64,000 nt of DNA from Symbiobacteriaceae bacterium (GCA_035628915.1 DASPIW010000057.1:252262-316261); one strand, 5' to 3'. Shown: positions 9,122 to 17,889, counted from the first letter of the stretch. Numbers and translations: made by a program. Notes: generated by a model not told the origin, from the letters alone.

Positions 9122-9910
9122 TCATTTTTTGTTATCACCAAATTCAACAACGGCGAGTGTCACGTCATCGCGGACCTCTCGGGCACGGGCTGCAACAGCG
9201 AAGAGGACGGCCTTGAGCCATTCCCGGCCACGTTGGCCGGTAACTGCCCGGACCAGCGACTCCAGGCCGGGGATTCCGAGTTCCCGTCCGTCGGACTCCC
9301 TCGCCTCCACGATCCCGTCGGAATAGACGACCAAACGGTCCCCGGGCTCCACAGCCACCACCTGTTCCTGGTATCGCCGGTTGGGGAGCATCCCGACTGA
9401 CACGCCGCGGGCCTCGATCCGAACGGTCGGATTCTCCCCACGCATCAGCCAGGGGTAAGGGTGCCCCGCACCCGCAACGGTAACCGTGCGGCTGGCCGGC
9501 TGATAGTCGGTACAGGAGAGGGTGACGAAGGCGCCCACCTGCTGCAGGTCCTCATACAGCATGTCGTTGGTGTGCTTGAGCAAGGCTCCGGGTGCAAGTC
9601 CGGCGTGCGTCGCGGATCGGACTGCCGATCGGACCATGGTCATGATCATTGCGGCGCCGAAGCCCTTCCCCATCACATCGGCCACAATCACTCTCAGACC
9701 GCCGTCCGAGAGCGGGAGAATGTCGAAGTAGTCGCCCCCGACGGCATAGTGAGGAATGCTGCAGCCGGCGGCTTCGGCCCCGGCCCCCGCAACACTCTTC
9801 ATGCCAGACATTAAGGCCTGCACCCGCTCAGCAAAACGCAGTTCCCGCTGCCATTGCACCTCGTCGGGTTCCTTGCGGGGCCAATAGGGGACCTCAGGAT
9901 GGCAGCTCAC
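9122..9910 (-). CDS. SpoIIE/RsbU-type PP2C phosphatase
   Basis: 262 aa. Motifs: GGDYFDILPL, VIVADVMGKGFGAAMIM, VVYSDGIVEA, DDVTLAVVEF. Confidence 0.88.
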   Translation of the reverse strand: MSCHPEVPYWPRKEPDEVQWQRELRFAERVQALMSGMKSVAGAGAEAAGCSIPHYAVGGDYFDILPLSDGGLRVIVADVMGKGFGAAMIMTMVRSAVRSATHAGLAPGALLKHTNDMLYEDLQQVGAFVTLSCTDYQPASRTVTVAGAGHPYPWLMRGENPTVRIEARGVSVGMLPNRRYQEQVVAVEPGDRLVVYSDGIVEARESDGRELGIPGLESLVRAVTGQRGREWLKAVLFAVAARAREVRDDVTLAVVEFGDNKK

Positions 9911-9934
9911 CTTGTATCCCCCCTGCTCGCTTGC

Positions 9935-10240
9935 TTACCCCTGGTCGCTGATCGCCTCATAGAACCCGAGGATGCCCAGCATCTCTTTGAGATCATCACT
10001 CAGATTGTTGACCGCCACCTGCGCCCCTGATGCCTGCCAGCGCACCACGGCCTTGATCAGGCCGCTGACGCCGGTCGAATCGATAAAAGCAAGACACCGG
10101 CAGTCCAGTTCGATCTGCTTGCCGGAGCCGGTCCAGCGGGCGGTGGCAGCCTCGAACTCCTCCACGGTTTCGATCGCCAGTTCGCCGTCGACCTTGATGG
10201 TCACTTGTTCGTCGGTTTCCATGCAGGATAGAGCTAACAC
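9935..10240 (-). CDS. STAS-domain anti-sigma-factor antagonist-like protein
   Basis: 101 aa. Motif AFIDSTGVSGLI (DSTG phospho-site). GTG start 7 nt after GGGGGG, overlapping the upstream stop by 7 nt. Confidence 0.85.
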   Translation of the reverse strand: MLALSCMETDEQVTIKVDGELAIETVEEFEAATARWTGSGKQIELDCRCLAFIDSTGVSGLIKAVVRWQASGAQVAVNNLSDDLKEMLGILGFYEAISDQG

Positions 10241-12324
10241 ACCAATTCCCCCCTTTGCGTGTACGGTGGGCCATCGCTCCCCCGGGAAGCCGCCTGGCCC
10301 GGCCGACGCTCAAGAACGATCACCGTTCCATCGCCAGCCGTGTGCACATACAGCCGGTCCACGAACCGGAGCATCACGGAGAAGCCTCTGCCCAGAGACT
10401 TCTGGGTCGAGTATCCCTCCAGGAGAATCGCCCGCGGGAGGATGTTGTAAGGAATCCCCTGTCCCCGGTCGCTGATGACTGCCCGGAGGGCCCCATCGTG
10501 GAGCCGGAGGGAAAAATGTCCGGAGCCGGCGTGCTTGAAGACATTGGTCACCGCTTCGGAGACGCATACCTTCAGCTTGAAAGCTTCGGCTTGCGAAAAA
10601 CCCATGGCGGGCGCCTGCTCTTCGATAAGCGCTCTGGCCAGAGCGGCGTCGTTGGGTGTCGCCAAGACGGCTTCACCGAGCACAGCCCCCTCGGCCAGCA
10701 GTGCCCCGCTCTCCTCTTCATCGATCAGGGTCAGCCGTCCACCGGTGACCACGGACATCACATCACGGTAAGCCCGAAAGATCGTCCTGGTCTGTTCACG
10801 CTCCACTGCCAGCGCCTCAGTCACATCGAACAGCAGTACGCTGGCGGCATCCACGCCTGCAGGAATCACGTAAACGTCATAGGCGACACCGCCGTCGACC
10901 ACATGCTGACGTCCCGGCAGTTGCCGCTGCACGGCCTCCCGTGCCAGGCGGAGGACTTCCGCACCGGCCGGTGGTTCGACCCGGTCACCAAGAAAGTTGG
11001 TAAACCCGGTACTGCTGTCGTAGGAGAGGACATGCCCGACACCCATTGTCTTGAGCAATTGCGAGCTGCGCACGGTCTGCAGGAGCTTGTTTTGCAGCAT
11101 GGCCACGCCGGCATCTTCGATCATTGCGGCGGCCCGGGCGGCGGGGAGCTCGGTCTTCTGCAGCGCAGCACTCACCACGTCTCCCAGTCCCGGGTCAATG
11201 GCCGTCCCGACCAATCTGGGCAGTAGGGTCATCTTGGCATCGCGATCGCCTTCCAGATCCTCAAGCACTTCCGCCGCCGCCAGAATCCGGGCGCCGAGGG
11301 GGATCGCATCCCCGCTCAGTCCGTCCGGATAGCCGGAGCCATCCCAGGCCTCATGATGGCTGCGGATGAGCCGGGCAACGGGGCCCATCCCCTCCATGCG
11401 CAGGACGAGCGCTTCCCCCAGCTCCGGATGGGCCTTGTAGGCCTCCCGGTCGGCCAGGGTCGGAATCACTTTCCTGGCCATGACGGCCACGACCCGCGGG
11501 TCGATTTCCGCCTCACCGACGTCGTGCAGCAGGCCCGCCGTGAAGATCGTGTCGACCTCCTCGGCCGGGAGCTTCAGCGCCTCGGCCATGGTGCGGGCCA
11601 AGAAAGCCACGCGTCCGGCATGGCTTTCGGCGGCTCCCGTCTTCTTTTCCAGAATCTCGCAGAGGCGGCCCACAACGTTGAGGTGGACCCGTTTTTGCTC
11701 CAGGTACAGATTGGTGGCATACCGGAACGCCAGAAGCCCTGCGCACTGCAGCAGCAGCGCCAGCCAGCCTCCGCTTCGGAACATATATAGCATGGGCAGG
11801 AGCAAAATCGTCGAACCGATGACACCTACATATGACTGCTGAATAATGTCAAGAATGAGATCGCGGAACGGACGCCGTGTGGCAAGACGGAAGACGAGGG
11901 CCAGCAAGAACGTATTGACCACGAAGAACCCAAGGCTGGCTGCGAGCAGTGTTAGCGGTCCCCCACCGAGCGCAGCGCTGACCAGGTGAAACCCGCCGGC
12001 GGACACCAGGAACTGACCGAAATTGAAAACTTTCTGGACCGGCTTCTTGACTTTGAGGACGATCACCATGGCCGCAGCCGCTTCGGCGAGATAGGCTGCG
12101 CCGGGCCCGTGCACGCCATACGCCAAAAAGACGATGGTCGACCCCAGCGAGAAGTTGACCCGGTTCGGCAGGGTCATGGCCAGCCGCTCGAACAGCACGG
12201 CCAGCGCTGCCATACCCAGGGCAGACAAAAGGTCAGCCGCCGGAATCGTCGGAACAAAGGCCGCCAGAAGCAGGGTTCCCGCCAACGCCAGACTCCATGC
12301 CAACAGGTGGACTGAGCGAGGCAT
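10234..12324 (-). CDS. Polytopic membrane protein fusing an HD-GYP c-di-GMP phosphodiesterase domain to a C-terminal RsbW-like serine kinase module
   Basis: 696 aa. About 6-7 hydrophobic segments in aa 1-205. HD-GYP signature: LLHDVGE ... HHEAWDGSGYPDGL. C-terminal kinase motifs: SEAVTNVFKHAGSG, ISDRGQGI, SLGRGF. Confidence 0.85.
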   Translation of the reverse strand: MPRSVHLLAWSLALAGTLLLAAFVPTIPAADLLSALGMAALAVLFERLAMTLPNRVNFSLGSTIVFLAYGVHGPGAAYLAEAAAAMVIVLKVKKPVQKVFNFGQFLVSAGGFHLVSAALGGGPLTLLAASLGFFVVNTFLLALVFRLATRRPFRDLILDIIQQSYVGVIGSTILLLPMLYMFRSGGWLALLLQCAGLLAFRYATNLYLEQKRVHLNVVGRLCEILEKKTGAAESHAGRVAFLARTMAEALKLPAEEVDTIFTAGLLHDVGEAEIDPRVVAVMARKVIPTLADREAYKAHPELGEALVLRMEGMGPVARLIRSHHEAWDGSGYPDGLSGDAIPLGARILAAAEVLEDLEGDRDAKMTLLPRLVGTAIDPGLGDVVSAALQKTELPAARAAAMIEDAGVAMLQNKLLQTVRSSQLLKTMGVGHVLSYDSSTGFTNFLGDRVEPPAGAEVLRLAREAVQRQLPGRQHVVDGGVAYDVYVIPAGVDAASVLLFDVTEALAVEREQTRTIFRAYRDVMSVVTGGRLTLIDEEESGALLAEGAVLGEAVLATPNDAALARALIEEQAPAMGFSQAEAFKLKVCVSEAVTNVFKHAGSGHFSLRLHDGALRAVISDRGQGIPYNILPRAILLEGYSTQKSLGRGFSVMLRFVDRLYVHTAGDGTVIVLERRPGQAASRGSDGPPYTQRGELVC

Positions 12325-12355
12325 GGCACACCCTCCTTCCGGCGGCCTCGACCTG

Positions 12356-13657
12356 CTACTTTTGACCCGGAGCAGGAACGTGGACGAAGCCGTAACCGTA
12401 CCGCGGGTCGGGCAAGTCGGTTACCAGCGGAACAGCCCGGGCCTTCAGCAACGCCTCAACACGGGCCGGGCCGGCGCCGGGATGCTCGGCGATGATCAAT
12501 GCAGCAACACCGGTGGCAAAGGCGGCAGCCTGGGAAGTTCCGGTGCCGACGGCATAGCCGCCCTTGTAGGTACTGATGATCCCGACGCCCGGCGCCACCA
12601 CGTCAAGCTCCTTGCCCGTGGCTGAGAAGGTAGCCCGCTGCAGATTGGGGCCGACCGCTCCCACTACCAGGGAGTCGCCCAGCCGGGCCGGGGAATCCAG
12701 CGTGTTGCCTCGGCCGTGGGCCTTTCCGTTATTACCGGCGGCAGTCACCACGGTAATGCCTGCGGCGGCGGCCCGGTCCAGGGCCTGGTCCAGGGCCTGG
12801 CTCTTGCCCCGGGCGCCGACGCTCAGGTTGATCAGGTCCATCCCGTTTTCGATCGCCCAGTCGATCCCACGGACCAAGTCGCTGACGTCGCCTTCGCCGT
12901 TGGCGCCCAGCACCTTCACAGCGTACAGCGAGGCAGCGGGAGCGACACCGTACAGCCCGTGTTCTCCGTTTGCGGCCAGAATGCCGGCCATGGCGGTGCC
13001 GTGGCCGTTGTCGTCGGTGTACTCGCCGTCACTGATCAGGTTGACGCCGCCGGCGACATTCAGGTCAGGATGGGTCACATCAATGCCCGTATCAAGGATC
13101 GCCACCTTGACGCCCTGGCCGCGGTCGCCCGGATCCCCCCCGTTCGCGGCGCCAACTGCACGCACTCCCCAGTCGACGGCAATCTGGTGACCGTCCGTCC
13201 AGGAAAGCTGGTCGACCCACGAGAGCTGGTCGGTCCATGAGAGCTGGTCCGTCCACGAGAGCTGGTCCGTCCACGAGAGCTGATCCGTCCACGAGAGCTG
13301 ATCCGACCACGAGAGCTGATCCGACCATGAGAGCTGGTCCGACCACGAGAGTTGGCTAGACCAGGTCGTCGGCGCCAGCGAGACCCGCTGATCTTTCTCC
13401 ATGAACGCAATCCGGTCGTCCTTCGCCAGGGCGGCTGCCTGCTCCGGCGTAAGCTGGGCCACAGCCAGGTTGAGCCGCTCCAGCTTCTTCTCCAGAGCCC
13501 CGCCCCGGCCGGCGATGGCCGATTCACCATTCGGGCCTGTTACCCCAACCAGGTACCGATCCGTGGAGACTCCTTTGGCTCCGGCACTCCCGGCCATCGA
13601 CCCGAAGAGCAGGGACAGAACCAGCGTGATTCCGAGACATTGCCGCAAACCATGCAT
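12356..13657 (-). CDS. Secreted subtilisin-like serine protease (S8) with I9-like propeptide and a hexapeptide repeat linker
   Basis: Catalytic triad contexts: AILDTGID, DDNGHGTAMAG, GTGTSQAAAF. Signal peptide MHGLRQCLGITLVLSLLFGSMAGSAGA, from the ATG at 13657 (GGGGGGA upstream). The track ORF extends to 13723. Confidence 0.9.
   Translation of the reverse strand: MHGLRQCLGITLVLSLLFGSMAGSAGAKGVSTDRYLVGVTGPNGESAIAGRGGALEKKLERLNLAVAQLTPEQAAALAKDDRIAFMEKDQRVSLAPTTWSSQLSWSDQLSWSDQLSWSDQLSWTDQLSWTDQLSWTDQLSWTDQLSWVDQLSWTDGHQIAVDWGVRAVGAANGGDPGDRGQGVKVAILDTGIDVTHPDLNVAGGVNLISDGEYTDDNGHGTAMAGILAANGEHGLYGVAPAASLYAVKVLGANGEGDVSDLVRGIDWAIENGMDLINLSVGARGKSQALDQALDRAAAAGITVVTAAGNNGKAHGRGNTLDSPARLGDSLVVGAVGPNLQRATFSATGKELDVVAPGVGIISTYKGGYAVGTGTSQAAAFATGVAALIIAEHPGAGPARVEALLKARAVPLVTDLPDPRYGYGFVHVPAPGQK
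13199..13363 (-). repeat. In-frame tandem array of nine 18-bp units plus a partial unit, encoding (D/S)QLSW(S/T/V)
   Basis: Plus-strand units read ccacgagagctggtccgt with single-base variants. Translated: WSSQLSWSDQLSWSDQLSWSDQLSWTDQLSWTDQLSWTDQLSWTDQLSWVDQLSWT. Confidence 0.95.
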
Positions 13658-13885
13658 CAGGATCCCCCCTTCCAAATGACGAAGCCCATTCCCCCACGTG
13701 GGGGAATGGGCAAGCCATTGCACTCACGTGGTAACCCGGCTGCCATACCCCTGCGGCTTAGGCCCGTGGCTTTGCGTCCCTGTCTTTCGGCAGGTTTGCC
13801 TTTTTCACTTGCGGAAGGTCTTCTTACTCTAATCATACTCAAAGGGATTACATTTTCAAGTAGTATCAAACAGTAACGTTAATGG

Positions 13886-13915
13886 TTGGAATTTATGTGG
13901 TTTATGGTGTATCCT
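13886..13915 (+). promoter_or_regulatory. Candidate sigma-A-type promoter for the pseudo-receiver-PP2C gene
   Basis: TTGGAA (13886-13891), 18-nt spacer, TATCCT (13910-13915), in an AT-rich divergent intergenic region about 35 nt upstream of the ATG at 13951. Confidence 0.35.
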
Positions 13916-13950
13916 TGTAGTTGCCAGTTGTCACGGAAGGAGGGGCCGCC

Positions 13951-15090
13951 ATGCCAATCCTGGTGGCCGGCCCGCCGGAGGAACAGGCGGAGCTGCGCCA
14001 GTGCTTGGGCCGGGCAGGGTTTCCCATGGTGTGCCTGGCTTCATCGATCGAGGACGTCGAGGAAGCGTTGGGGCTTTGGAACCCCCTTGCCCCTGCTACG
14101 AGCATGGACCTGGTTATCCTGGGCTGCGGCCTGCCGCAGGCCGGCGTGCTTACTTTGTGCCGGGAAATCCGGCGTTGGGATCGCTGGAGCGGCCTGAGCG
14201 TGGTGGTAATGGCGGACGAGCAAGGTCGGCCCGAGCCGGACGCCAGCTTCGATGCCGGGGCCACCGAGTGGATCAGCGGCAGCCTGGACCGGCCGGAGAA
14301 CCTGGCCCGGATCAGACGGGCGGTCAAGGTGAACGAGACTGCCTCCCACAGTCAGAAGGTGGAGCGCCAGCGTGAGGAGGAACTGAGCCTCGCCCGCCTG
14401 GTTCAGCGAAGGGTTCTCAGTAAGCCAATCTATACGGATTCCATTGAGATTGAGGCAGAGTATATCCCCCACGGTGCGCTCTCCGGCGATATGTACTTCT
14501 GGTGCGAGATCAGTCCCGGCCGCTACGGCATTCTGCTGACCGATGTGATGGGTCACGGCCCTTCCGCTTCCTTGGCGTGCATGGCGCTTCGGACCATCAT
14601 GCATGCGCTGGTGACCCGGGTGGTTGACCCCGTGGTCGTCCTCGAGGAGATGGAAAAGCACATTCACCTGGTCCACCCCCACTCCGCAACGGCCCTCTAT
14701 GTCGTCATCGACACCGTGAACCACACGGTCGAATATGCGAACGCCGGGCACCCGCCCGGTCTGCTGCTGCAGGCTTCCGGACGGATCGATGTCATGGAAC
14801 GTACGGCGCTGCCACTAGGCTTTGACCTGCCGGGGCGCCCGCAGAAGCGCATCCTGCCGTTGGAAGTGCCGGCCCGATTGGTGCTCTATACCGACGGTCT
14901 GGTCGAACAAAAGGGCTGCTCCATCCGCAGCGGCATTACACAATTGCAGGAGCGGCTCGGAGCCCTTCGTAGGCTGGGCACCAGCCAGTTCATCGCCGCG
15001 ACGGTGATGGCATTCAACAAGCACCTGGCCGTCGACGATGATCTGACCCTGATTACCGTCACGGTGCGCGAGTCGTCGCCGCAGCAATGA
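13951..15090 (+). CDS. Receiver-like domain fused to a SpoIIE/RsbU-type PP2C phosphatase
   Basis: N-terminal CheY-like fold whose acidic pocket is replaced (ILVAGPPEE; DLVILGCGLP). C-terminal PP2C motifs: LSGDMYFW, ILLTDVMGHGPSASL, LVLYTDGLVE, DDDLTLITV. Start at the ATG after GGAAGGAGG. Confidence 0.85.
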   Translation: MPILVAGPPEEQAELRQCLGRAGFPMVCLASSIEDVEEALGLWNPLAPATSMDLVILGCGLPQAGVLTLCREIRRWDRWSGLSVVVMADEQGRPEPDASFDAGATEWISGSLDRPENLARIRRAVKVNETASHSQKVERQREEELSLARLVQRRVLSKPIYTDSIEIEAEYIPHGALSGDMYFWCEISPGRYGILLTDVMGHGPSASLACMALRTIMHALVTRVVDPVVVLEEMEKHIHLVHPHSATALYVVIDTVNHTVEYANAGHPPGLLLQASGRIDVMERTALPLGFDLPGRPQKRILPLEVPARLVLYTDGLVEQKGCSIRSGITQLQERLGALRRLGTSQFIAATVMAFNKHLAVDDDLTLITVTVRESSPQQ

Positions 15091-15126
15091 GACCCGTGGG
15101 AGGGAGATCCCACGGGTCTCTTTTTG
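15089..15126 (+). terminator. Rho-independent terminator (bidirectional position between convergent genes)
   Basis: GAGACCCGTGGGA-gggaga-TCCCACGGGTCTC followed by TTTTT. The stem starts inside the TGA stop codon. Confidence 0.85.
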
Positions 15127-15128
15127 CG

Positions 15129-17492
15129 CTATGCTCCCTGACGCGCATCTTCCTGCTGCCACCTCCACTGCAGCAGCGCCTCAACGCTTAGCGGCTTGGG
15201 GAGTGAAGGCGGCGGTCCGCCCACTGTCAGGAGCGTGAACCCTCTGGCCTGAGCTTCAGCCATCAGGGTCGGGGCATCACAGTCGGTACCCTCCGGCAGA
15301 TCTGCGTCCAGCACCAGCAACTGCCCCGACTGCCCGGCCGCCGTGTCGCGGAGCCACGCTGTGGCGCTGCGGCAATCCCGGAAGTTGGCAACTGAATGAC
15401 CCCGGGTGACAAGCGCTTCCCCAATCTGCCCGCCCAGGACGTCATCTGCCAGGACCAACAGCACATCGGCGCCGGCGGTGCGGTACTCGATTCCGGCTGG
15501 CAGCACGCGGCCCCGGCCGCGGGACTTAGCCTCATAGAGCGCCCGGTCTGCAGCCCGTGTCAGGGTCAGCAGGTCCGTACCGTCGCGCGGGAACTGAGCG
15601 ATTCCGCCGCTGAACGATACCCGGAACGACTGCCCTTCCGGTGTGAGGAACTCTTCGCGGCGCAGTTCCTCGAGCACCTCGGCCAGACGGTGTACCCCGT
15701 GGTGGCGTGCCATCCCGTACATACCCAGCGCAAACTCTTCTCCGCCCCAGCGCGCGACGACATCCTCGCCGCGAAACTTTCGCAGCAACAGCTCGCCCAA
15801 CCGTCGTAACACCGCATCGCCCACGGTGTGGCCAAACGCATCGTTGACCCGCTTGAAATGATCAAGGTCGAGGATGCCCAGGCTGACGGGTTGCTTGTGC
15901 CGTTCGGCCAGTTTCAGGAAGTGTTGGAGGCTCCGGTTGAACTGGCGGCGATTGCCAACGCCTGTCAACGGGTCGGTATCCGCCAGCCTCTGAAGCAGTT
16001 TCGTGCGTTCCAGCCGATTCTGGATGCGCGTCACCAATTCCGGGCCCACGATGGGCTTGCCGACAAAATCATCCGCGCCGGCAGCAAAAACGCGGTGGAT
16101 CATGGATTGCCCCGCGGACGCCGTCAGAAACAGGACAGGGATCGTGCACCAGCGCGGATCGTTACGGATCACCCGGCAGAGCTCCAGCCCGCTGATGTGC
16201 GGCATATCCACATCCAGCACCAGCATATCCGGAGCGACGTTCTCGATCGTCTCCCAAAAACGCAGCGGATCGGATAGGGTCACGAGTTCCAATCCTTCCG
16301 GAGCCAGCAGCGAACGCAGGACTGCCAGTTGCTCCGGGTCGTCATCCACTGCGAGTACCTTGGCCCGCTTGGCCCGCTGCTGCCCGCTGAGCACGGACAT
16401 GACCGCCTCCATCACCTGAGAGGGCGGAACGGGCTTCTCGAGGAAGCAGCGCCCGCCAAGCCGGGCCACTTCCACCCGGTCGATGAGCCCGCCTCTGGCC
16501 GTCAGGACGACGGTGGGAATCGGGGGGGTCGCCTCGCAGAGCTCCCCGAGCAACGAAAGCCCGGTGTCTTCACGATCGGCAAATGACAGATCCAGCACCA
16601 CGGCAGATGGGCGGCATCGTGCGATGGCCGCCCGCGCCTCAGCCACGCTGTATTCCGTTGCGGCCTTAGCATTCCAATGGCCGGCTTCTGCCGCCAGCCG
16701 GTCGCACAGCTCCCGATCGTCATCCACAATCAAGATCTGAAGCGCGTCCTGCCCCGGCTCAAAGGACTCCTCAGCCGACTCAGGCAGGTACCGATTCAGC
16801 TCCTTCGCCAGCGCGTCGGCCAACTCGGCTAGGCGCCGGCCCCTTGCCGCATCCACAGGCAGCCCGGCCTGCAGAAGGTGCTCGATCCGGCGGGCCAGGT
16901 CTGAGCCGACCCCGAAGCCGAACGTCCCCAGCGAGCCGGCCAACTTATGCGCCTCCCGCTCCGCCTGGATGCGCAGTTGCTCATCCAGGGCGCCGGTCCC
17001 CAACACCCGGCAAGCGTTCTGCAACCGGGTCACCCGCTCGATGACACGGCCTTTGGTGCGGGCCCAGACGTCCATCACCGGTGCGGGCAGAGGTTGCCGC
17101 TGCGGCGAAACGGCCGCTGGTTCGGGCAGACCCAACTCATGTGCGATGTGCTCGCCCAGTTCCCGGATCTCCAGAGGATGCAGCATGAGCCTGCTGACGC
17201 CGAACTGACTGACGAGGCGCCTGGGAAGCCCTCCGCCCGGCCCTTCGGCCAGGCAGTATATCAGGGAGACTCGCTGGCCCGAGGGACTGCTCCGAAGGTG
17301 GCCGAGGAGTTGCTCGCCGCTCATGTCGCTGAGTTGGTGGTTGACCACGGCCAGGGAAATCGGTTCGGCTTCCAACTGCAGCAGCGCCTCCTGCCCGCTC
17401 AGCACATGGGCAACCCGCGCCTGTGGTGCCACATGGCCGACGAGGTCTTGGGCGACCTCTTCCGGCAGCCCGATCAGCAGAATCTTACACAC
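15129..17492 (-). CDS. Multi-receiver diguanylate cyclase: pseudo-REC - HPt - REC - REC - GGDEF - REC-like
   Basis: 787 aa. HPt motif: AHKLAGSLGTFG. Two canonical receivers: ILIVDDDRE..VVLDLSF and VLAVDDDPE..LVLDVDMPHISG. GGDEF domain with an intact GGEEF (15732-15746) and an RGED I-site five residues upstream (15762-15773). Confidence 0.9.
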   Translation of the reverse strand: MCKILLIGLPEEVAQDLVGHVAPQARVAHVLSGQEALLQLEAEPISLAVVNHQLSDMSGEQLLGHLRSSPSGQRVSLIYCLAEGPGGGLPRRLVSQFGVSRLMLHPLEIRELGEHIAHELGLPEPAAVSPQRQPLPAPVMDVWARTKGRVIERVTRLQNACRVLGTGALDEQLRIQAEREAHKLAGSLGTFGFGVGSDLARRIEHLLQAGLPVDAARGRRLAELADALAKELNRYLPESAEESFEPGQDALQILIVDDDRELCDRLAAEAGHWNAKAATEYSVAEARAAIARCRPSAVVLDLSFADREDTGLSLLGELCEATPPIPTVVLTARGGLIDRVEVARLGGRCFLEKPVPPSQVMEAVMSVLSGQQRAKRAKVLAVDDDPEQLAVLRSLLAPEGLELVTLSDPLRFWETIENVAPDMLVLDVDMPHISGLELCRVIRNDPRWCTIPVLFLTASAGQSMIHRVFAAGADDFVGKPIVGPELVTRIQNRLERTKLLQRLADTDPLTGVGNRRQFNRSLQHFLKLAERHKQPVSLGILDLDHFKRVNDAFGHTVGDAVLRRLGELLLRKFRGEDVVARWGGEEFALGMYGMARHHGVHRLAEVLEELRREEFLTPEGQSFRVSFSGGIAQFPRDGTDLLTLTRAADRALYEAKSRGRGRVLPAGIEYRTAGADVLLVLADDVLGGQIGEALVTRGHSVANFRDCRSATAWLRDTAAGQSGQLLVLDADLPEGTDCDAPTLMAEAQARGFTLLTVGGPPPSLPKPLSVEALLQWRWQQEDARQGA

Positions 17493-17889
17493 GGCTGCCC
17501 CCTTCTGCCCGGTCCCAGCCCAAAATGGCTGCGATCTCGCCGGCCAGCGTCATGGGATCGAACGGCTTGGCGATCACGCCGGAGATCGGGAGACCTTCGA
17601 GGCGCTTGCGGTCGGTCGCCTGCACCTTGGCTGTCAGGAAAATGACCGGAACACCGGCCGTCTCATGGTGGCTCCGCAAATGCCGAAGCGTGCTCGGGCC
17701 GTCCAGATCGGGCATCATCACATCCAACAGAATCGCATCCGGCGGCGTGGCAACAGCCGTTCGAATGCCTCCCTCGCCCGATGCGGCAGTAACGATCTCC
17801 CAGCAAGTGGAGACTTCCAGAGTCACCTGCGCAACCTCGCGAATATCTTCGTCATCATCAACAATCAATAGCCGGCGATTTCCCGTCAC
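17485..17889 (-). CDS. Single-domain CheY-like response regulator
   Basis: 134 aa. Motifs: LLIVDDDEDI, ILLDVMMPDLDG, VIFLTAK, AKPF. Overlaps the downstream gene by 8 nt. Confidence 0.92.
   Translation of the reverse strand: MTGNRRLLIVDDDEDIREVAQVTLEVSTCWEIVTAASGEGGIRTAVATPPDAILLDVMMPDLDGPSTLRHLRSHHETAGVPVIFLTAKVQATDRKRLEGLPISGVIAKPFDPMTLAGEIAAILGWDRAEGGSRV

Noticed and set aside
13199-13363. Possible CRISPR array (regular short repeats), also considered for 33501-33557
   Set aside because: The units are directly adjacent with no spacers (18-bp and 9-bp periods). One array is in frame inside a protease gene. No cas genes are present.
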